Of a stretch of DNA of 64,000 nucleotides, positions 37,981-50,650 are shown in pieces. Position 1 is the stretch's first letter, and each line of letters opens with the position of its first letter. The stretch is from Sphyrna mokarran (lineage: Eukaryota): the NCBI GenBank assembly GCA_024679065.1, contig JAGIQG010000013.1, positions 12,028,001-12,092,000 on the forward strand, given 5' to 3'. Below the pieces are notes generated by a model. That model searched no databases, was not told where the DNA came from, and saw only the letters and a program-made list of their open reading frames with translations. A program made the translations under genes and the position numbers.

Positions 37981-38323
37981 TGTATATGGTTCAGAAAACT
38001 CAATCATTACTTCCTGATTTAACCTGTGCTCTCTCGTAAGATTCTTATTTCCAGTTTTCATGGTGTTTTATACTGTGGGTCTTGGACTTTCATTGGTTTA
38101 TGAATAATACAAAAACACTTGTCGCAGTTACTTTTAACCACGTGGAAATCTGGCTCCAATGCATTCCCCTCTATCCATTGTGAATCTACTGCACAATATT
38201 AAATATTGTGGATATATTCAGTACTGGTGCTGATCTGCAACAGTGTCATTACCCTCCCTGTCTCACCTGAAGCTATACTTGCCCCTGCGTCACATTATTC
38301 ACTGATTTGATTTAACCTAGCCT

Positions 38324-38647
38324 TGGGTGGTACAGTGACACAGTGGTCAGCACTGCTGCCTCACAGCGCCAGGGACTGGGATTCAATTCTGGCCTCGGGT
38401 CACTGTCTGTGTGGAGTTTGCATTTTTTCATCGTGCCTATGTGAGTTTCCTCTGGGTGCTCCAGTTTCTTCCCACGGTCTAAAAATGTGTGAGTGAGGTT
38501 GATTAATCATATTAAATTGATGCTTTGTGACAGGGGATTAGCAGGTAAATGTGTGAGGTTATGGGAATAAGAATTAGGTAAGATTGTGGTCAGTGCAGAC
38601 TCGATGGACCAAATGGCCTCCTTTTGCACTGGAGGGATTCATGATTC
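38324..38647 (+). mobile_element. V-SINE HE1-like, CR1-type tail, full length
   Basis: gtgacacagtggtcagcactgctgcctcacagcgccaggg...gcactggagggattcatgattc. Confidence 0.9.
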
Positions 38648-38977
38648 AAAGAGATCAACGCCAAAATCTGAAGAACAACATGATGAACCATTTATTTACT
38701 CTGATTCAAAAAAATGTTCGTGTTCTTACAGTCAAACGTCCTGATACCAAAAACCACTTTGAAAAATGATCCTTTCAAAATAAACTCTGATCTTGCCCTC
38801 CTGCTTCCGAGTGGATCAGATGGTGTTATACTACATGCCATCTGGTAGGAAGGGTTTAGTTGGAAACAATAATATTAAATGAAGCTGTGCCGGACATGCC
38901 ATCTGATGTTACACGTACCACAGTAGGTGGTCTCAAGACAATGCTAAGATTGTATCATTGTTGTTTTTTTTAAAGCA

Positions 38978-39355
38978 TGTTTTATTCATTCATGGGATAT
39001 GAGCATCACTGGCTGGCCAACATTTATTGTCAATTCCTAGTTGCCCTTGAGAAAGTGGTGGTGAGCTGCCTTCTTGAATCACTGCAGTCCATATTCTGTG
39101 GATTGACTCACAATGCCGTTAGGAAGGAAATTCCAGGATTTTGACCCCAAAATTGTGAAGGACAGTGAGTGGCTTCGAGGGCAATTTGCAAGTGGCGGTC
39201 TTCCCATTTATCTGCTGCCCTTGCCCTTCTACACGGAAGTGGCCGTGGGTTTGGAAGGTTCTGGGTAAGGATCTTTGGTGAATTTGTAGATAGTACACAC
39301 TGCTGCTACTGAGCGTCAGTGGTGAAGGGATTGAATGTTTGTAGATGTGGCGCCA
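38978..39355 (-). mobile_element. LINE B 3' end
   Basis: ttattcattcatggga...gcccttgagaaagtggtggtgagctgccttcttgaa...ttccaggattttgaccc. Confidence 0.85.
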
Positions 39356-39645
39356 GGGATATATCCAGACAATATACATCCACAGCAGTCCTTTCCATTG
39401 AGCTTACAAGTAAATCAAAATAACACAGACTGTCGCACTGCAGTGGCTGCAATAAATATGATTGCAATGATTATCACTAATGCAATGTGAATGACCAAGT
39501 GCAGCTCTGGGGGAGGGTGGGGGGGGGCATTATCTTCCTGTGCCCCCCAATCATTTTAGGGTCAGCCACTGCAACCTTGGAGGATCACCTCTCTTTCACA
39601 TCACCCAGTCTCTCATCATCCTTTTCGGCTTCCTACTTCAAAAAA

Positions 39646-39789
39646 TGGGCAGGATTTTCTGACCCCTGACAGTGGTGGGCATCGTTGCAGGTGGTATGGG
39701 AAAATTTGGAGAGGTGCTGTTGTTCTCCAAATTTTTCCATCCCACTTGTAACGGTACCTACCATTGTTGGGGCTAGGATCTCCGGTCCA
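39646..39789. mobile_element. Short TIR element (MITE)
   Basis: Imperfect inverted ends tgggcaggatttt ... ggatctccggtcca. Confidence 0.4.
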
Positions 39790-40214
39790 ATGAGTCTGTG
39801 CAGTTCCCAACTTGGCCTTTGGAACTGGCTGATTGGCATTCCTGTCTTGCCCAAGTACATTTACCTTCCTGCCAAGTTGGTCGACTTTGACCCTCACCCG
39901 CTTGACCAGACTTTAACTCTGCCACTGGATTGTAATGAAGGCACAATAGCTGAGTGTCATGTGATTGCAATGATCAGCAAGGTGAGCAGGTGTAATGGGC
40001 TGAATGGCCTAATCCTGCTCTTATATTTCTATGTGACTGGAATTTTGAGGAAGTCGAATGGCAATGTAACAAGATTACAAAGATTCTAAAACAATACTTG
40101 TGTTTATACCCTTCTTTCCAAGACATTAGGACATTCTAAAGTGGCTGACAGAGAACAAAATACCTTTGAATCATTTATAATATCAGAACACAGCAATCAG
40201 TAAAGTGAAAAACA

Positions 40215-40475
40215 AGTTTATTTATCAGTCACAAATAAGGCTTATGTTAACACTGCAATGGAGTTACTGTGAATTTCCTCTAGTCTCCACACTCCGATGC
40301 CTATTCAGGTCAATGTACCAAATCAGTACTTCTTTCGGACTGTGAGAGAAACTGGAGCACCCGAAGGAAACCCAATGCAGACATGGGAAGAATGTGCAAA
40401 CTCCACATAGACAGTGATTCAAGCCGGGAATCAAACCTGGATCCCTGGCACTGTGAGGCAACAGTGCCACCACGC
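40215..40475 (-). mobile_element. V-SINE, Rex1-type tail, inserted in a DeuSINE relic (~40085-40650)
   Basis: gtttatttatcagtcacaaataaggc...gggaatcaaacc; flanks aaacaag/aaataag. Confidence 0.9.
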
Positions 40476-41497
40476 AAATAAGCTCCCACAAAAAGAAATG
40501 CGATCATGACATTTGTTTTAGATGTGATTTGACCATGCTGCAGTCTCTCAGTACTGCACAGGAGTGCCTGGCTATGTTCAAATCTCTGGAGTGGGATTAT
40601 CTTCTAATGCTGAATTAAAAATGTTACCCACTGAGCTACATGGCTGAGACCCGAGTAAGTATTTGGACGCAATGGCAAAGCAAGATGCAATCAAATCAGA
40701 ATACAGTTGTCTTGTGCAGTACAAGAGCAATCCATGTACAGAATGAAAACCCAATGGCTTTGTGCAATCAGCAAGTATAATGAAATGCATGTAGCAAGTA
40801 TTGACCAAGTCTCAACATCAATTGAGTTGTTCAATTACGCTGAACATTTGAACAAGAGCAAAAAGTGGAAATGCTCCATCAACCCCCTAGAGGATATTTG
40901 TCTGCCTTACAGATTTAACGCAGATCATCAGAGTTATATCCTCTGAACTGCAGCTGATCTGTACTATACTTAACCTTGGACTGTTTTGCCTAATTGCGAT
41001 TGAGCCTCAGTGCAAAGTGGAAAATGTTCCTGTCCCACGCCTAAACCATCCCCCCACCCTCGATGACCATAACATCATTACCCACCAGCAAAGGAAACAA
41101 AAGCCTCTTTCATCCTCTGGTCCCTGAAGAGCTTGGCCAATGGCTGGAGTACTGAGCAGGGCCTGACAGACAATCTTTCTCCCAAGGCGAGTCCTCGCAG
41201 ATGAACTTGAATCAGATCAAATTCCAGTTGAAACCATATTTTAAATGTCCCAAATTATTATTTTCCTGCACTTTTAACCCCAAAGAGATCAGGTTGCAAG
41301 TAAAATTGTATTTTGTCAAGGCTGAGTTGCAGTAGCTGCATGCAGCTGTCTGCATAGGCCACCCTGACTGTTATTTTTCTCTTGTGGAGGCAACGCTCAG
41401 CATTTTGATGTATCATCTCCCATGATGTAGGCATGGTTGCAGATTTGAACTTCTCCTGACTTGGGGAAGTTTCTGCTATAAGAATATATGCCTTTCT

Positions 41498-41895
41498 TAA
41501 GAACATAAGAAATAGGAGCAGGAGTAGGCCATCTAGCCCTTTGAGCCTGCCTCCATATAATAAGATCATAGCTGATCTGAAGCGGATCAGTTCCATTTAC
41601 CCATTTGGTCCCCATAACTCTTAATTCTCTTATCGATCAGAAATCTATCTGCGTGACTTAAATATATTCAACAAGGCAGCCTCCACTGCTTCAATGGGCA
41701 GAGTATTCCAGAGATTCATTACCCTCTGAGAGAAGAGGTTCCTCTTCAACTCTGTTCTAAACTGTCTCCCCCCCCCCCCCCCCCCCCCCCCCTTCCCACC
41801 CCCCTTATTTTGAGACTGTGCCCTCTAGTTCTGGTTTCATTTCTACCTCCACCCTATCTAGCTCCTTCATTATTTTGTAAGCCTCTATAAAATAT
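41498..41895 (-). mobile_element. CR1 3' fragment containing a C25 run
   Basis: taagaacataagaaataggagcaggagtaggcc tail; poly-C at 41768-41792. Confidence 0.85.
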
Positions 41896-42172
41896 CTTGT
41901 TATCTTGATTCTTGTTATCTTCAAATGCCAATGGGATGGGGAAGTGATATTGACGTTATTGTTAAACTAAGAATCCAGAAACTCAGCTAATATTCTGGGG
42001 ACCCGGGTTCAAATCCCACCGTGGTAGATGGTGGAATTTGCATTCAATAAAAAATATCTGCAATTAAGAATCTACCGATGAACATTAAACCATTGCCAAC
42101 TGTCAGAAAAGCCCATCTGATTCACTAATGTTCTTTAGGAAGGAAATCTGCGATCCTTACGCGGCCTGGCCA

Positions 42173-44241
42173 CTTCATCATTATGCAGTGCTTCAAAAGG
42201 CTAGTCATGGCACATATCAATTCCAGCCTCCCAGACTATCTGGATCCATTACAGTTTGCCTACCACTACAACAGGTCCACAGAAAACATCATCTACCTGG
42301 CCTTGCACTTAACGCTTGAACACCTAGATAACAAGGACACCGACGTCAGACTCCCATTTATTGACTACAGCTCAGCCTTCAACATCATTATTCCCATGAA
42401 ACTCATCTTCAATCTCCGTGGCTTGGGCCTCGGCATCCCTCTGTGACTGGATCCTGAACTTCCTAACTCAAAAACCACAATCGGTAAGCATATGCAACAA
42501 CACTTCCTCCACGATTATCATCAACACTGGTGCCCCTCATGGCTGTGTTCTCAGTGCCCTACTATATTCCTTATGACTATGTGGCCAAATTCCCCTCCAA
42601 TCTGATTTTCAAGTTTGTTGAAGGCACCACTGTAGTGGATCGGATCTCAAACAATGATGAGACAGAGTACAGGAATAAGATAGAGAATCTGGTGAACTGG
42701 TGCAGCAACAATAATCTCTCAAAAGACAAAGAACAAAACAGCACGGGAAACAGGCCCTTCAGCCCAACGAGCCCGTGCTGCCACCCCAATGTTCCCACCT
42801 CTACCTGTGATCCCTGTCTATGTTTATAGATCTATGAATTAAAAACCAAATTTGAGACAATTTAGGGAGAATTTGTTTTCCCAATTAGCCTAACAGCACA
42901 TCTTTGGGATGTGGGAGGAAACCAGAGCACCCGGAGAAAATCCACACAAGCATGGGGAGAATACACAAACTCCCACAGACACAGGCCCAAATCCATGTAT
43001 CTGCACAGCACAGCGATAGTCACTGAGCTGTCGTGTTGCCCATCAAATGGTCCAGGTCAAGCGTACACCAATAACGTGAAGCACTAGGATACTCTTGAAA
43101 AATCCAACTCAGACCTTCCATACGAAGCAGCATCCTGGTAAACCTCCTCTGCACTCTCTCCAGAGTCTCCACATCCTTCCGGTAGTAATGCGAACAGAAC
43201 TGGACGCAGTATTCCAAATGAGGTCTAACTAACGTTTTATACAACTGCAACATTAAAGGCCAGCTCTTGCACTCTATACTCCTTCCTATAAAGGCTAGCA
43301 TACCATATGCTTTCTTCACAATCTTCCCCACCTGCTCTGCCACCTTCAGAGAGTTGTGCACCTGCACCCCCAGGTCCCTCTGCATTTCTATACTCTTAAT
43401 AGGTCTACCCTTTATCATATACCTCCCCCTACATTCTTTCTCCCGAAATGCATCACTCCGCATTTATCAGGATTGAATTCCATCTGCCATCTATCTGCCC
43501 AAGCTACCAGCCTATCTATGTCCTGCTGCATCGCCTGACAATGCTCCTCACTATCCGCAAGTCCAGCCAGAATGAAAGATTGTAAAGGAGAACATGCCCC
43601 TGCCTCCATCAACAGGGACGAAGTAGAAAGGGTTGAGAGCTTCAAGATTTTTGATGTCCAACTCACCAGCCACTGTCCTGGTTCTCCCCATACTGTACTA
43701 TAGTGAAGAAAGTCCAGCAATGCCTCCACTTTCTCAGAAGACTGAGGAAATTTGGCATGTCAGCCACGACTCTCGCCAACTTTGCAGATGCATCATTCTT
43801 TCCGGTTCTATCACAGTTTGGTATGGCTCCTGCTCTGCCCAAGACAGCAAAGAAATACAAAAGGTCGTGAATGTAGCCCACTCCATTACGCAAACCAGCT
43901 CCCATCCATTAACTGTCTACACTTCGGAAAAGCAGGCAGCATAATCAAGGATCCCACGCACACGGATATTCTCTCTTCCACCTTCCTCCATCGGGAAAAA
44001 TACAAAAGTCTGAGGTCACCTACCAATTGACTCAAGAACACCTTCTTCTCTGCTGCTGTGAGACAGTTGAATGGACTTACTTTGCATTAAGTTGATCTTT
44101 GTCTACACCCTAACAATGACTGTCACATTACTCTCTTGTTTCCTTCTCTATGAACAGCATGCTTTGCCCGTATAACACGCAAGAAACAATATTTTTCACT
44201 GTATGCGAATACATGTGACAATAATAAATCAAACCAAATCA
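42173..44241 (+). mobile_element. Rex1/Babar LINE RT (parts 42173-42722 and 43573-44241)
   Basis: MQCFKRLV...[15 protein letters not shown]...[13 protein letters not shown] (Rex1 RT); tail tacatgtgacaataataaatcaaa. Confidence 0.9.
42724..43572 (-). mobile_element. CR1 LINE with V-SINE-derived 3' UTR, copy 1 (internally deleted)
   Basis: RT RDLGVQVH...LYKTLVRPHLEYCVQF joined at ~43107 to a 3' UTR shared with 58872-59254. Confidence 0.85.
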
Positions 44242-44482
44242 GAATACTCCAGAATCAGAGCAATGCGTTGACTCTCAACTGTGCATGGGCAATTAGGATG
44301 GGCAATAAGTCCTGGTCAGCCAGCCGGCTATGCCCATGTCCCACAAATGAATTAAAAAAAAGCATTTCTCCAGAGAATGGCTTGTCCTCGGTTTTGAGAC
44401 TGCCCACACCCGCACAGTTAGACCTTGTGTCTGGGCTATTTGCTGGCTCTGTCTTACAAGTTGCAAACTTCCCAGTACAGTG

Positions 44483-44760
44483 TAGTGGCACCGTGGCACA
44501 GTGATTAGCACTACTGCCTCATAGCACCAGGAGTCAGGTTCAATTCTGGTCTTGCTCACTCTCTCTGCGGAGTTTGTACATTCTCTCTGTGTCAGTGTGG
44601 GTTTCCTCCAGGTACTCTGGTTTTCTTCCACAGTCCAAAATATGTGCTGGTTAGATGAGTTGGCCTTGCTAAATTCTCTTTTAGTGTTCAAAGATATATA
44701 TAGATTAAGTGAATAAGCCCTGGTAGATGTATGGGATATCGAGATAGGGCAGAAAGGTGG
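44483..44760 (+). mobile_element. V-SINE HE1-like (CR1-type branch), 3' truncated
   Basis: gtggcaccgtggcacagtgattagcac...ggttcaattc...V-domain. Confidence 0.85.
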
Positions 44761-44929
44761 ACAAGTAGACATAGAGGGATAAGCAATTTGTAAACACATG
44801 GATCTCCTGAGGAGTAGAGAGGCATTTCAGCAGTCAATGTGACCATCAAGAAATATTTTCCAACCTGTGAGTACCTGATCAACTTGTTATCAACAGGTAA
44901 GAGTAATATTAATAAAGAGAGTTGTAAGC

Positions 44930-46120
44930 TGTTGGGGTAGGAGTTGGTGGAGTGTGGGGAGGTCACATCATGGGGCAGGGAACCAGAAGAGAGAGAGATT
45001 CCAACAGCTGGTGGCTTGGACAGTCTGGGGTGTGGGGGTGGGGGTCAGGCTGTGGTTGGACAGTTGTAGGTGTTTGGAAGTCTGAGGAGTGCGGGTTGGT
45101 TGGACAGTTAGGGGCATGATTGGGGCAGCTGGGGGGATAGGATAGTCAGGTAGATTTGTACAGTTAGTGGGCAGACCATCAAGTGTGGGGTCTATTGTCT
45201 CTGCCTAAACTTCATGCTGCCTCAGAAAAGTAGCCAGCGTAATCAAAACCCTGCACACACCAGACATTCTCTCTTCCACCTTCTTTTGTCAGGAAAATGA
45301 TATTGAAGTCTGAGGGCATGTACCAACCGACTCAAGAGCAGCTTCTTCCCTGCTGCCATCGTACTTTTGAATAGACTTACCTTGCAGTAAGTAGATCTAT
45401 CTCAACATGCTTGCTATGACTGTAACATTACATTCTGCACTCTTCCCTATCCTTCTCTATGAACGGTATGCTTTGTCTGTATAGTGTGCAAGAAACAGTG
45501 CTTTTTGCTGTATCCCAACACATATGACAATAATAAATTAAATCAATTCAAATCAAATCAAAAGATATTTGGGTGTCAGAAAGTTTGGGAAGATCACAGA
45601 TTAGGTGGGTGACAGTTGGGGCAGAGAGGTCAGAGAGTCAGGTATCGGACAGCTGATGGTGTCGTACAGTTGTTGGGGGCAGTTGGAGAGTTGGTAGGTT
45701 GGAGAGCTGGGGGTGGGGGTTGGAGAGGTGGGGGGGTGAACAATCAGTGGGGGGAGTCAGATTGTTGGGTGTTGAACAGTCGTGTGGGGTTTGGAGATTC
45801 AATGGATGGACAGTTGATAGAGGGCAATCATTTGGGGGCGGATTTGGCAATGGATGGGGGGTGGTCAGGCTAGGCATGGGTTGGTAGTCGGAGATAAGGG
45901 GGATCTCCCAGGACAGGGGCGTTCCAGTACGGGTACATTGTTGAGGGATGGGGGAAGTTCCCTGGTGATTTGGGTGTTGGGGTGTCTGATTAGACAGGAA
46001 ATGTTTATGTGGGACTATAATTTGGGGAGTGGAAGGAGACCCCAGGAGTAGTAAGCTGATGGGGAGAGTCATCTGGCAGTTTGGGTGGGAGGGACAGAGG
46101 TGGTCTTGTAGGGAATGTGT
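44930..46120. repeat. G-rich low-complexity tract with degenerate GGACAGTT units, interrupted by Rex1
   Basis: Many ggacagtt/gtacagtt/gaacagtc motifs among G-runs. Confidence 0.6.
45190..45561 (+). mobile_element. Rex1 3' fragment
   Basis: ccaaccgactcaagagcagcttcttccctgctgccatc...tgacaataataaattaaatcaa. Confidence 0.85.
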
Positions 46121-47054
46121 GAGTCTATACAGTAGTTACCCAGAAGTTAGAATTGGTTTTAGTTCTTTCAACTTTCTCTGAGTAACTATTAATGTAACAA
46201 TAGCCGGAAACTTAGTCATTGAAGTCATAGTATGGGATGTTTCCCAGTGCCGTGTAACTGCTCCAAGGGAGATTTCACTTCCTGGGCAATTGCCATGTAA
46301 TCCTTACTTGGAAATGTCTAAGGGGGTTCCTTAACACATCTTCAAGGTATTCATCACATACATTCCCCCCCGGCCCCCCCCACCTAAGGTCAGACGTAAT
46401 GGCCCATTATACATTATAAGGATGTGAAGGTCAGGAATCACACTGTTCCAATTGTAATGTGAAAACATGAGTCTTCTTTTGCATATTCTTTAACATGTCT
46501 TTCCTTTCAGTTGCAGTGAGTGACTTCTATTTACTTTGGAGCATTTGGATTACAAATAGACGGAAGGAACAGTCAGTACAAGGCGGGGAGGAAGAAAGAG
46601 GTTTAATTATTTCCTTTGGCAATTAATTAAATCACATTTTGCTACTTGACAGAGTCAAGATGGCTCCCTCTTTCCCTAAATCAAAGATTGCGGGTTTAAG
46701 AGCTATGTTGGTGCCGCCTGGGAATGCTGGTTCATTGATTTGTTCACCAATCTTGACCAAGTGAAAGAAAAGAAGCCATTTGACAATCTATACTGCGGAG
46801 TGACTGACATGTTTGTTACATGCGTGGAGTACCAAGTATCCCGTGCAATGAAATGTCGGGTCTGTATTGGGAGACGTGGGCTTGTAGTCAGAGGTCTGGC
46901 GTGTGGTTTCAGGTGGAGTATACTTTGTTTGGTATTTCTAAACTTAAGCAGAATATTTTCTCATTCCTTTGCCTTAAGTTACACCGCATGTCTTTTTGAA
47001 AAAGGGAAACCAACAGGGATTATCCACCCGTGCTGCTGTGAAGTGATATTTGGC

Positions 47055-47442
47055 CGTTCTGAAGTACTTTACAGCCAGTGAAGTACTTATGCATTCGTAC
47101 TTTTGAAGCATAGCCACTGTTTTATTGTGTGAAGCAAGGCGGCCAATTTGAGCAGAGTAAGGTCCTCCAAAGAACATTGTGATAAAGACCAACTGATCTG
47201 TTTTAGTCATATTGAAGGGGAAACATTGGCCAGGGCACAGGCTGTTTTCATTTTAATAATGCCATGGGATCTTTTCTGTCTGCCTGAGAAGGGAGGTGGG
47301 GCTTCAGTTTAATGTATCATCCAAAGTACAGCACCTCCGCCTGTACAACACCCCTTCAGCACTTAGATTTTGAATTCATGTCTGGGCTTGAACCCAGAAC
47401 TTTTAATTCAGAGGTGAGAGTTATCCACTGAGCCATGGCCAT
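47055..47442 (-). mobile_element. DeuSINE (SacSINE1/AmnSINE1-like), near full length
   Basis: rc: gccatggctcagtgg...ggttcaagccc...gaggtgctgtactttggatgatacattaaactgaagcccc...aaaagatcccatggca...cctggccaatg. Confidence 0.75.
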
Positions 47443-47602
47443 CATCAATTTCCCATTGCTTTGCTGGTAGGCTGAATAGTCAAATACTGCATCGATCATC
47501 TGAGAGAGATATCCTGCTGATAAGTAGAAAACATCGGTGAGAAAATTCTGAACACAAGACCATTCATTGGTCTTGTATTGTCAAATGGCTACATCTGTCT
47601 TT

Positions 47603-47897
47603 TTTGTTTATTTATTATTAATGTCAAAAATAGGCTTACATTAACGCTTCTGTGAAAGTTACTGTGAAAATCCTCTATTCGCCACACCCCGGTGCCTGTT
47701 CAGTACAGTGAGGGTGAATTTAGTATGGCCAATGCACCTAACCAGTACATCTTTCAAACTGTGGGAGGAAACTGGAAAACCCAACGCAGAACGGGGAGAA
47801 CATGCAAACTTCACACAGACTGTGACCCAAACTGGGAATTCAACTCAGGCCCTTGGCGCTGTGAGGCAGCGCTGTTAACCACTGTGCCACTGTGCTA
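47603..47897 (-). mobile_element. V-SINE, Rex1-type tail
   Basis: taggcttacattaac...gttactgtgaaaatcc...ttaaccactgtgccac. Confidence 0.9.
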
Positions 47898-48479
47898 CCA
47901 ATCCTATCACCCTATACTTTCCTCATGCTCTTAAGTATTATTTGTTATGAACTGTTAGTGCTGACTAGCTCTTTTTTCTCCTCAATCACTTCCGAAAGGC
48001 ACTCGTTTGGAGAGTTCCTCACTTGTCCCACTTCAGTTCTGCCTATTTCTACCTTTGGATTGAAGTTTTCATAAACTCCATTCCCTGGTCGTTAATTCCA
48101 TCCCTGTCTCTGGTCACCATCGCAGTTGAATGGGAATGACTAACTCTGAACTGAACTGAGCTTCTGGCTCTAGGGGGAGTAATTTTCCCACCTTGCCGCA
48201 CCTGGTATGGATAGCACTAATCTTGGAAAATAATGTGGGGGCCCAAAAATCAATTGTTTGCAATCGTCCCTCCTCCCCGGAATGTTTCTCACCGGCGGGA
48301 GGTCACTATGGATCTCCACTGGCAGAGACCTGGCACGATGGTTGCATTGAGACACAAGGAGACCATTGAAGCTCCCGGTGGTCTGGGCATGGCTGGGAAG
48401 TGACCACTGGGCAATGCCAACCTGGCACACCAGCAGTGCCCACTGGACACCCTAGCAGTGGACACTGTGTCTGTGCTGG

Positions 48480-48740
48480 CCATCGAGTACCTATCTTTTC
48501 TAATCCTATTTTCCAGCACTTGGCCCATAAATTTGTACTCTGTGATATTTCATGCGCTCATCTAAATGCTTCTTAAATGTCACACAGGTCCCCACCTCTG
48601 TCGCCCTTTCAGGCAATGAGTTTCAGATTCCCAACACCCTCCGAGAAAGAGCATTTCTTCAAATCCCCACTGAATCTCATGTCCCTTACTTAAATCTATG
48701 CTTCCTGGTTATTAACCCTTCTACTAAGGGAAAAAATAGA
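48480..48740 (-). mobile_element. CR1 3' fragment
   Basis: gctcatctaaatgcttcttaaatgtc...ttcaggcaatgagtttcagattcc. Confidence 0.75.
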
Positions 48741-49014
48741 CTAGGGCAACGGCAAAGGGGTCTGGGCTAAGGGGGAGCCATGATGGGTTGACTATGCAGA
48801 TTGGAAGAGTGCTCTGATGGGGGTGTTGTGCAGGGTCAGGGACCAGATGGGGGTTTGTGTGTGGGGGTGGGGGATATCTCTCAGTGCACTGTGAGATTGG
48901 GGTGCCTTTGTAAAATGGCACCTGAGTACTCTGAAATTGATGCAGTTAGGCTCTGCCCCCACAATACCCAGCCCCCCCCATCCCCAATACCGATGTGGAA
49001 CTCCTAACCCTCCA

Positions 49015-49790
49015 AAAAATTGACCTAGTGTGCGAAAAATGTGATGTGATGCCTTTTGGGAGGACTAACAAGGCAAGGAAACATATATTGAGTGATAGGA
49101 TGCTAGGAGTTACAAAGAACCAGGCGGATTCAGGATGCATGTTCAGAAATCCCTGAAGGCAGCAGGACAGACAGAGAAGGAGATTGAGAAGGCAAAAGGG
49201 AAACTTATTCATTGAGGCATAGAATATAAGAGCAGGGAGTTTATGATGGAGCTGTACAAAACCATCATTGAGCCACAGCAAGAGTTCTGAGTACAGTTCT
49301 GGTCGTCACATTAGAAGAAGGATGTGATTACATTGGAGGAGGTACAGAGGAGATTCACTAGAATGTTGCCTGGGATGGGGAGTTTCAGCTTTGATGAAAG
49401 ACTGGTTAGGCTGGGGTTGTTTTCCTTAGAGCAGAAAAGGCTGAGGGAGGAACATGATTGAGGTATACAATATTATGAGAGACATAGATAAGGTAGATAG
49501 AAAGGAACTTTTTTCCCTTAGTCGAGGAGTTAATAACCAAGGGGATCAATTTAAGGTATGGGGCATGAGATTTCTCAAAGGGTGATGGGGATCTGGAACT
49601 CATTGCCTGAAAGGATCGTAGAGACAGGAACCTGTGTGACATTTAAGAAGCATTTAGATGAGCACCTGAAACATCTAATTTATGGAAGAAGTGCTGGAAA
49701 ATGGGATTAGAATAGATAGGTGCTTGATGGCCAGCACAGACATGATGGGCCAAAGGGCCTCTATTTGGTTTTAAAACTTTATGACTCTTC
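49015..49790 (+). mobile_element. CR1 ORF2 3' fragment
   Basis: aaatgtgatgtgatgccttttggg...ttctggtcgtcacattagaagaaggatgtg...gggccaaagggcct tail. Confidence 0.85.
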
Positions 49791-50369
49791 CCTTTTAGCT
49801 GCTGCTATGTCTGTGGCTCATTAGAGTAACATCTGAGATACTGTGATAGATTTCTAACAGTTTGCACAGAGCCAGTCCTCACACACTCATACACAGGTTA
49901 AGAAATGAAACTTCCACCTGCTTCAGATCGCAAAGTCTCCCTGTTACCAGAGTGATTTAGCAGCTCTGGAAATCAGTGGAAGGTGGAATGCATCATGTGC
50001 TACCTCTGACCACAACCCCCATTTACAGATGGATGCAGGACTCTGCAGAGACAAAGTTGATCTCTGTTTCTTGGTGAAGGGGGTAAAGTTTCAGGCAAAA
50101 CATCTCCTTGGACTCTGAGTGACTTCATTGTTTTTAAAGAGAAATTAAATTCCTAGTGTTAAAGGGACAAGCTGTCTTATTCAGAACGGTAGTTTCAGAC
50201 CAGAATAAATGGCTGATTAGATGAAATAACATTCTTGTTTTTATAAGACAAAATATCTGACTCCAAGTTGGCTATACTAAGGCAAATCATTTACACAAAC
50301 ATAGAAAACAATTGAACCTGTTCTGCAAGTAAGTTTGTGCTCCAGCTTTCACTCTCTGTTACACTTCAG

Positions 50370-50650
50370 TTAAAATGAGGAGTTAAAATTGAGGTGAGGA
50401 GAAATTTCTTCACTCAGAGGGTGGTGAATCTGTGGAATTCACTACCACCGAATATGGTTGTGGCCAAAATACTGTTTCATTTCAAGAAGGAATTAGATAT
50501 CGCTCTTGGGGCTAAAAGGATCAGGGGGATAGGAGGAAGGAGGGAATCAGAATATTGGAATTCAATGATCAGCCATGATCAAGATGAATGGCGGGACAGG
50601 TTTGAAGGGCCAAATGGCCTCCTTCTGCTTCTATTTTCTATGTTCCTGTA
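50370..50650 (+). mobile_element. CR1 3' fragment
   Basis: RRNFFTQRVVNLWNSLP...FKKELD. Confidence 0.85.

Larger units (their letters stand above)
41935..44360 (+). mobile_element. SINE family B split by Rex1 (SINE parts 41935-42172 and 44242-44360)
   Basis: gggttcaaatccc B box; SINE resumes with ctccaga...gcaatgcgttgactctcaactg. Confidence 0.85.

Noticed and set aside
38790-38860. pre-miRNA hairpin
   Set aside because: The continuous stem is only ~10 bp, too short and interrupted for a Drosha substrate.
41768-41792. C25 homopolymer as a functional element
   Set aside because: It lies within a CR1 fragment at a short C-run; slippage or sequencing artefact is more likely.
45638-46072. 144-aa proline-rich ORF
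   Set aside because: Reverse complement of the G-rich low-complexity tract.
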